Source of the DNA: Escherichia phage phiE142
DNA: 64,000 bases
Reading direction: 5' to 3' (one strand)
Sequence record: NC_055709.1
Positions 58,259-64,000 of this stretch are shown piece by piece. Position 1 is the first letter of the stretch, and each line of letters opens with the position of its first letter. Made by a program: the position numbers and the translations under genes. The notes under the pieces are model-generated. The model saw only the letters and a program-made list of their open reading frames with translations. It did no database searches and was not told where the DNA came from.

Positions 58259-60072
58259 TGGTGTTTAACCCTATGCATGATTTCTTTATTTTTACCGAGA
58301 TTAAATCCGCGTTCGTTCGGATTTCCCAAATAACCGCATGTTCTTCTTATGGTGTTCATCTTTTTAGGATCAGTTTCTCCACAAACTGAACAAACAAATC
58401 CGTTTTCAGTAGGAGTCATTTCATGAGTACTTCCGCATGTAAAACATTTATCCACTGGCATATTAACACCAAAATAATCTAAATGTTGTGCAGCATAATC
58501 CCAGACGGCCTCAAGTCCTTTTAAGTTATTTTTCATATCAGGAAGTTCAACATAAGAAATGTGACCACCTGTCGCAATGAAATGATATGGCGCTTCACGA
58601 GAAATCTTTTCAAACGGAGTAATATTTTCTTCTACTGAAACGTGGAAACTATTAGTGTACCAGCCTTTATCGGTAACATCTTTTACGCTTCCATATTTTT
58701 CTGTATCAAGTTTACAGAAGCGATAACACAAGTTTTCAGCAGGAGTAGAATACAAGCTAAAAGCAAATCCAGTTCTTTCAGTCCACTGTTTAAGATGAGC
58801 ATTCATTTTAGTTAAAATTTCTTGCCCAATATCACGACCGACAAGAATATTCAATTCATGAATACCAATATATCCTAAAGACACTGAACTTCTACCGTTT
58901 TTAAATAACTCAATTATGTCGTCATCAGGTTTAAGACGAACACCGAATGCACCTTCTTGGTAAAGAATAGGAGCAACAGTCGCTTTAACTCCTTTTAAGG
59001 AACTAATTCTACACATCAAAGCTTCAAAACATAAATCCATTCGTTCATTGAATAATTCAACAAATTTCTGTTCGTTAAATTGCGTTCCAATATAAGAATC
59101 TAATGCGATACGAGGAAGATTCAGTGTTACAACACCGAGATTATTACGTCCATCAAGAATTTCATTACCAGTCGAATCTTTCCATACGCTCAAGAAACTA
59201 CGACAGCCCATTGGAGAAACAGGAATAGATGAGCCAGTGATAGCTTTATTATTCTTAACAGAAATAATGTCAGGATACATTCTTTTGCTTGCACACTCTA
59301 GAGCGAGTTGCTTAATATCATAGTTCGGATCGTCTTTATAAAGATTAACACCCTCTTCGACAAACATAACAAGTTTAGGGAAAATAGGAGTTATTCCATC
59401 ACGACCAAGTCCTTTAATCCGATTTTTCAGAATTGCTTTCTGAATCATTCGTTCAGTCCAATCAGTTCCAGTACCAAATGTAATTGTTACAAAAGGCGTT
59501 TGTCCGTTTGAACTAAAGAGAGTATTTACTTCATATTCATAAGCTTGAAATGCGTCATATACATCTTTTTCTGTTTTAGATTGAGCATAATTCAGAATGT
59601 CTGGTATTTGCCATTTTTCTGCATCTTCAACATGTTTAGCGTATGTACGTTTAACATAAGGAGAAAGAACTTTATCGACATTCGCAAATGTAGTTCCGCC
59701 GTACTGATGTGAAGCAACTTGTGCAGTAATTTGTGCCATAATTGCAGTAGCAACACCAATCGATTTAGGCGTTTCAATTTGAGCATTGCCTAATTTAAAT
59801 CCGTTCTCAAGCATCCCCTTTAAATCGACTAAACAGCAATTGGTAAACGGAAGAGCAGGAGAATAATCAATATCATGCATGTGAATGATTCCGCTTTCAT
59901 GCGCATGCATAATAAAAGACGGGACCATATTTTTAGCAATGTGCTTAGACACAATACCAGCCATAAGGTCCCGTTGAGTTGGAAAAACACGAGAATCTTT
60001 ATTAGCATTCTCGTTCAAAAGATCTTTATTAGTTTTATAAATTAATCCTTCAATTTCTTTTTCAATTTTCAT
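58255..60072 (-). CDS. nrdD: Anaerobic ribonucleoside-triphosphate reductase NrdD
   Basis: 605 aa; C-terminal Zn site CFTCGS...CSVCG and glycyl-radical motif RTCGYLG. Confidence 0.92.
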   Translation of the reverse strand: MKIEKEIEGLIYKTNKDLLNENANKDSRVFPTQRDLMAGIVSKHIAKNMVPSFIMHAHESGIIHMHDIDYSPALPFTNCCLVDLKGMLENGFKLGNAQIETPKSIGVATAIMAQITAQVASHQYGGTTFANVDKVLSPYVKRTYAKHVEDAEKWQIPDILNYAQSKTEKDVYDAFQAYEYEVNTLFSSNGQTPFVTITFGTGTDWTERMIQKAILKNRIKGLGRDGITPIFPKLVMFVEEGVNLYKDDPNYDIKQLALECASKRMYPDIISVKNNKAITGSSIPVSPMGCRSFLSVWKDSTGNEILDGRNNLGVVTLNLPRIALDSYIGTQFNEQKFVELFNERMDLCFEALMCRISSLKGVKATVAPILYQEGAFGVRLKPDDDIIELFKNGRSSVSLGYIGIHELNILVGRDIGQEILTKMNAHLKQWTERTGFAFSLYSTPAENLCYRFCKLDTEKYGSVKDVTDKGWYTNSFHVSVEENITPFEKISREAPYHFIATGGHISYVELPDMKNNLKGLEAVWDYAAQHLDYFGVNMPVDKCFTCGSTHEMTPTENGFVCSVCGETDPKKMNTIRRTCGYLGNPNERGFNLGKNKEIMHRVKHQ

Positions 60073-60542
60073 TTTAAACTCTTTCTAAGCTGCTTTTTGA
60101 ATGAAGCTATTAATTGTGTTTTAGTATCAGATTCATTATATTCAAATCCTCTTTGAAGCATCTCGGTCATCATTTCCTCTTTACCTAGTCTTGAGAACTC
60201 TTTAGTTTTGTCTGGAACAAAATTAGGATGGATATTATTATCAGAATAATCTTGTTTCAAATAAGCAAGAAGAGCTTCAAGCCATTCGAGGTAATCAACG
60301 TTTTGACCTTTAAGACCAGAACGGTTGAACTTATGCTTCATTTGACCTTCTGCTGCGTTGCACAGATTACAGAGTAATCCACGAACCTTACCAGCTTTTG
60401 GCCCGTTTAACTCGTGGTCGTGGTCAAGATGGTTACCTTGAACATCAGGGTCTAATTCACGGTGGCAAATAGGACACTTACCGTTCTGTGCATCATAAAA
60501 TTTTTGTTTTTCTTCTTTATATTTTGCGCCTGATAATAACAT
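60069..60542 (-). CDS. 49: Endonuclease VII gp49 (Holliday junction resolvase)
   Basis: 157 aa; matches T4 Endo VII (CPICHREL..., HLDHDHELNG, C-terminus SFKKQLRKSLK). Confidence 0.92.
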   Translation of the reverse strand: MLLSGAKYKEEKQKFYDAQNGKCPICHRELDPDVQGNHLDHDHELNGPKAGKVRGLLCNLCNAAEGQMKHKFNRSGLKGQNVDYLEWLEALLAYLKQDYSDNNIHPNFVPDKTKEFSRLGKEEMMTEMLQRGFEYNESDTKTQLIASFKKQLRKSLK

Positions 60543-60581
60543 GATAAACCCTTACCTTAAATAGATAAGGGTATTTATAAT

Positions 60582-60779
60582 TTAGTAAACGTTATAAAAG
60601 TTACGATGAGAACGTTTAGCTTTGCGAAGCTGACGTTTAGTAGGACGAACTGTAAATGGTTGTCCAGAGAAAAAATTCGGATCGGTTTTAATAAGCAAAT
60701 ACCAATCACGCTTGCCATTTTTTAATAAACGGTACAATAATTTAACTTGCATAATAATCTCTTCCCATTTCCATATCAA
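60582..60779 (-). CDS. Hypothetical protein (65 aa)
   Basis: ORF only. Confidence 0.4.
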   Translation of the reverse strand: MIWKWEEIIMQVKLLYRLLKNGKRDWYLLIKTDPNFFSGQPFTVRPTKRQLRKAKRSHRNFYNVY

Positions 60780-60880
60780 TTAATTCATTTATTGAAGGTT
60801 CATCATAACATGGTTCTTCGTCGTTGTAAACCGTTTCGACGTCTGGCTCGACAGTCTCCCATCGAGCAGAATACCACGGT

Positions 60881-61237
60881 TTAACCCCGGAGTTTATTGA
60901 GCTCTTCATAATCAATCCAGGATTCTAGCCCTGACGGCAGGTCACATTCAATGTTCCACAGAAGCTCTTCAATGGCTTGCAGGCGATTATATTCTTCAAC
61001 GGTAATGGTAACCATTGGTGCAACCGGTTCTGCCTTTTTAACCATCATGTCATTCATCAGGACATACAAGTCATCACGAACAACAGTATCATTCCATCCC
61101 CATGATTTGGCTTCATACGCTAATGATGAAGGGAGCACATTTAAAACTTCAATAATAGATGGAGATTCAGGACCAAGCTCTGATACACAAACTTCGTATG
61201 CATCTTGGAAATCTTTAAGATTTAATGAATATGTCAT
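60881..61237 (-). CDS. Hypothetical acidic protein (118 aa)
   Basis: ORF only. Confidence 0.5.
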   Translation of the reverse strand: MTYSLNLKDFQDAYEVCVSELGPESPSIIEVLNVLPSSLAYEAKSWGWNDTVVRDDLYVLMNDMMVKKAEPVAPMVTITVEEYNRLQAIEELLWNIECDLPSGLESWIDYEELNKLRG

Positions 61238-61255
61238 TTAAAATATTCTCGCAGT

Positions 61256-61552
61256 TTATTGTTCTACCCAGGCATAGGAAACTTCGAAATCAGGACCACC
61301 GTATTCCCAGTGATATTCACCAACAGGAATCCAGTCACCGTGCTCGTTTTCTTCATAGTCCTCAGCCTCAAGGCCAACGAATCGCCATTGGACACCGATG
61401 ATTCGATTACCCATCATTACTCTAAATTCACCCCATGGATTATCGATAGCATATTGGATATCGTTCTTAGCACGAGAACACATTTCTTGATATAACAAAG
61501 CTTCTAATTTACCCTGGTCATAAGAGCCCGGGAAAGTTAAATCAATACTCAT
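61256..61552 (-). CDS. Hypothetical protein (98 aa)
   Basis: ORF only. Confidence 0.5.
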   Translation of the reverse strand: MSIDLTFPGSYDQGKLEALLYQEMCSRAKNDIQYAIDNPWGEFRVMMGNRIIGVQWRFVGLEAEDYEENEHGDWIPVGEYHWEYGGPDFEVSYAWVEQ

Positions 61553-61812
61553 TTAAAATATTCTCGCAGTTGGTCAAATCCACCAATATGACTTCCATCA
61601 GGAGCAAATATCTGTGGCATAGTCAATCCGACTTGTGATTCACGTCCAAGCTTAACCAGAAGCTCAGCAATTTTCTCATCATCGAACACACCTTTTTCTG
61701 GCATAACATTAATGAATTCGAATGGTTGTTTTTTAACAGTCAGCAATCGTTTCGCATTATCACAATAAATGCATTTATGAATAGTAGAGTCATACCCGTA
61801 CACTTTAAACAT
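61549..61812 (-). CDS. nrdC: Glutaredoxin NrdC
   Basis: Start at MFKVYGYD; HKCIYCDNAKRLL active site; matches T4 NrdC (87 aa). Confidence 0.85.
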   Translation of the reverse strand: MFKVYGYDSTIHKCIYCDNAKRLLTVKKQPFEFINVMPEKGVFDDEKIAELLVKLGRESQVGLTMPQIFAPDGSHIGGFDQLREYFK

Positions 61813-62218
61813 TATTTTTCCTTTCATCGATTAAATATGCAATGCCAAATACAATACATGTAATAAAACCTGTGATACAGATAGAAACCAACAACACTGT
61901 ACCAAAGAACCAAATCAAGTTATCTTTAGTAGTTTGTTTGATATCCATCTCACGAATTTCTATAGCTATCGTATCACCTTTATTCAGAAGCGTATAAAAC
62001 GACGGTGATACACGCCTGTCAAAAACTCGTCCTTGCTCATCTTTATAGACTGCAATAAATTCTAATTTAGAATATTTTCCTGTAGATTGGCCTGAGATTA
62101 ATTCCACTACCTCCACAGGAATTACTTTAGTTTCCATGTAAGTATTCTGGCTGTTCCAAATGAATGGAATAATAGCAAAAACTAAAGCTGCGATAAAACA
62201 ACGAAGGCTATATCTCAT
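61805..62218 (-). CDS. Membrane protein (137 aa, N- and C-terminal TM segments)
   Basis: Hydrophobic segments at both ends. Confidence 0.5.
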   Translation of the reverse strand: MRYSLRCFIAALVFAIIPFIWNSQNTYMETKVIPVEVVELISGQSTGKYSKLEFIAVYKDEQGRVFDRRVSPSFYTLLNKGDTIAIEIREMDIKQTTKDNLIWFFGTVLLVSICITGFITCIVFGIAYLIDERKNNV

Positions 62219-62523
62219 TATAATGTTCTCTCAAATTTGTGGAAGCATTTACGGCATTTCAATTTCAAGTTATCAGTGGTCCAGTTAACCAGTTGGACTT
62301 GGATAGTTCCACATTCCGGACATGGATGTTTTGCTGCCGATTTGGCAGCATTTTCACGTCGTTCAACCATTTTCATGATTTCGTTCCATGCCGGAGGAAC
62401 GAACTCTTCTTCATCGTGGATATTATCTCGCTGAACAAATTCAATCTTTGAACTATCATCAATAAACTTAACCAAGCTGTTATTAGTGCTCATATCAATA
62501 TCCTCTAAAAGACGTAGGTTCAT
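62218..62523 (-). CDS. Zinc-ribbon protein (101 aa)
   Basis: CPECG...CRKC four-Cys motif at C-terminus. Confidence 0.5.
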   Translation of the reverse strand: MNLRLLEDIDMSTNNSLVKFIDDSSKIEFVQRDNIHDEEEFVPPAWNEIMKMVERRENAAKSAAKHPCPECGTIQVQLVNWTTDNLKLKCRKCFHKFERTL

Positions 62524-63473
62524 TATAACACCTCAATGGCATTTCGTAAACCATCCGCTTTCGCATTCAGAGCTTTTAACGATTTAGTTTGTTCTGCAAT
62601 CTGGGCTTCGACTTCTTTCAGACGAGATTTGAGATATTCGCGTTCTTCTCTTAAGTTATCAACTTTTTCTGCTTTAGGTTCTTTAATAGGCTTAGGCTTA
62701 TACTCGTTAGGGTTCTTCAACTTAATTTGAATGCGAGAACTGTATAACATTGAACCATTATCTTCGGTTTCATCATACATTTCTACCACGTCCATGATTC
62801 TTAACATCATGCGAAGTTTATAAGACAGCGAACGAATGGTTTTGTTGCGCTTATTAATTTCTTCGGCTTTCATAGTACCGAGATTACGTGAGTAATAATA
62901 AGGAACCTGGATATCAATTGATAACGACGCGGTGCCATTACCGGTTGGTTTGAATACTGCAGTAACCCAATCTTTAACATGAACTTTATTTGTACGATCA
63001 TCACCGCCTGTGAATAATTTACGTGAATGTTTAAAAAGCATATTCACTTGGTTATTGAATTCACAAGCAAATTTATCAGCAAATTTAGTTTCAGGAATGG
63101 TAGATAACCAATCAGCCAAATGAGTCTTTTTAACATCATTAACAATAGTGAATTCAACCAAATCTGTTTTAGATGTCACAGATTTAATAAAGCTCGGTTT
63201 CATAAAGTTTTTAATGTTATCGCGAGCTACAGTAGAAGATAATAAACGAGAACGTTTAAACCATTGAAGCAGCGTCCCTAATGAATGAGAATACGCATTT
63301 TGAGTATCTTTACAGATATGATTTTCTTGGCCTGTGTATGTACCAAAATCGCGAAGAATACCACTTACTACATCTCGGTGTGGAACATCAAATCCTAGTG
63401 CGCCAACAGCGCGCTGGGCGTGAACGTTAGCGATAAGTCCTGCAAAGTAATCAATGTAATGTGAACGTGTCAT
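62523..63473 (-). CDS. Hypothetical protein (316 aa) with C-terminal coiled coil
   Basis: ORF with GAGAGGAAAA ribosome-binding site downstream of promoter cassette copy 2. Confidence 0.55.
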   Translation of the reverse strand: MTRSHYIDYFAGLIANVHAQRAVGALGFDVPHRDVVSGILRDFGTYTGQENHICKDTQNAYSHSLGTLLQWFKRSRLLSSTVARDNIKNFMKPSFIKSVTSKTDLVEFTIVNDVKKTHLADWLSTIPETKFADKFACEFNNQVNMLFKHSRKLFTGGDDRTNKVHVKDWVTAVFKPTGNGTASLSIDIQVPYYYSRNLGTMKAEEINKRNKTIRSLSYKLRMMLRIMDVVEMYDETEDNGSMLYSSRIQIKLKNPNEYKPKPIKEPKAEKVDNLREEREYLKSRLKEVEAQIAEQTKSLKALNAKADGLRNAIEVL

Positions 63474-63500
63474 AATATTTTCCTCTCGTTAAGATAGATT

Positions 63501-63531
63501 CATTATACTCCAACCATCCTTGGTTGTAAAC
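63501..63531 (-). repeat. 31-nt promoter cassette, copy 2 (identical to 22751-22781)
   Basis: Same ATTATACTCCAACCATCCTTGGTTGTAAACT block; minus strand GTTTAC, 18 nt, TATAAT. Confidence 0.6.
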
Positions 63532-63535
63532 TATT

Positions 63536-64000
63536 TTATGATTTTAATGCATTCATTGCGTTAAAAAGTTTAGAATACTGCAACTGGAGATTCGTTACAA
63601 CACTTTGAGCATCACGAAGCTTAGCTTGTGCTTTGTCAAGTTCAACAGACAGTTGGTCTACAGTAGCCTTGATTTGATTGTAATGGTAATCTTCGGCCGG
63701 AATAAGGTCATTAGAAACATTTAGTTTTACTGCAGACAGTTTGCACACATTTGGCAAACCTTTAAACATTGATTTACCCGAAGTAGAATAAGCACTTAGG
63801 ACTTCGGCCTGTTCAATTGGGGTCCCAGTAAGCGATGCTTCAAACAATGCATTTTCTTTTTTAAGATTTTGATAGTATTCAGAGTCTTTGTGCCACCATG
63901 GCGCAGGAACCTTTTTACCAATAGATACACGAGCCTGGATAGCGATATGGCCCTTATTCTTGATAGGGTCGATAATATTAAGCTCACGAGAATAAATTGC
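63536..64000 (-). CDS. Hypothetical protein, 5' end beyond window (partial)
   Basis: Minus-strand reading frame is open from the window edge to the stop at 63536; the track start at 63847 is a TTG inside this frame. Confidence 0.45.
   Translation of the reverse strand, partial: AIYSRELNIIDPIKNKGHIAIQARVSIGKKVPAPWWHKDSEYYQNLKKENALFEASLTGTPIEQAEVLSAYSTSGKSMFKGLPNVCKLSAVKLNVSNDLIPAEDYHYNQIKATVDQLSVELDKAQAKLRDAQSVVTNLQLQYSKLFNAMNALKS

Noticed and set aside
63796-63987. 63-aa minus-strand ORF in the track
   Set aside because: A different frame of the same region is open from the window edge to 63536, indicating a larger gene entering from beyond the window; the 63-aa frame is probably spurious.
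1-64000. tRNA, rRNA, integrase or transposase genes
   Set aside because: No cloverleaf-like or rRNA-like segments and no recombinase motifs were recognised; the T4 tRNA cluster lies in a different genome region.

Overview
This window is a T4-like (Tevenvirinae) myovirus genome segment with no rRNA, tRNA or CRISPR. The DNA polymerase (43638-46349, 903 aa) matches phage RB69 gp43 as I recall it, so the window is probably RB69 or a very close relative; this is recognition from memory, not a search result. The plus strand at the left end carries the late long-tail-fibre genes 36, 37 and 38 and the holin t. The rest is a dense block of minus-strand early and middle genes in T4 order: asiA, arn, motA, 52, ndd, denB-like, rIIB, rIIA, 39, dexA, dda, srd, modA-like, soc, 56, 61, dmd-like, 41, uvsX, 42, 43, regA, 62, 44, 45, rpbA, 46, 47, 55, nrdG, nrdD, 49 and nrdC. 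The main departure from T4 lies between uvsX and gene 43: the beta-gt and imm slots are occupied by a predicted sugar-nucleotide pathway (SIS isomerase, HAD-like phosphatase, fused nucleotidyltransferase-kinase, a Cys-cluster protein, a P-loop kinase-fold protein and a 299-aa unknown). A separate GT-B glycosyltransferase sits next to rIIA.1. Together these look like machinery for DNA hypermodification, consistent with the arabinosyl-hmC reported for RB69-type phages; the individual enzymatic steps are my inference. Other points of interest are an HNH homing endonuclease abutting an unsplit gene 39, early promoters embedded in inverted repeats that can mask the downstream ribosome-binding site, a promoter/leader cassette present in two copies, three tandem paralogues, and a small plus-strand hydrophobic ORF inside the early block. 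All gene calls rest on reading the ORF translations and remembered family motifs; coordinates of non-CDS elements were counted by hand and may be off by a base or two.
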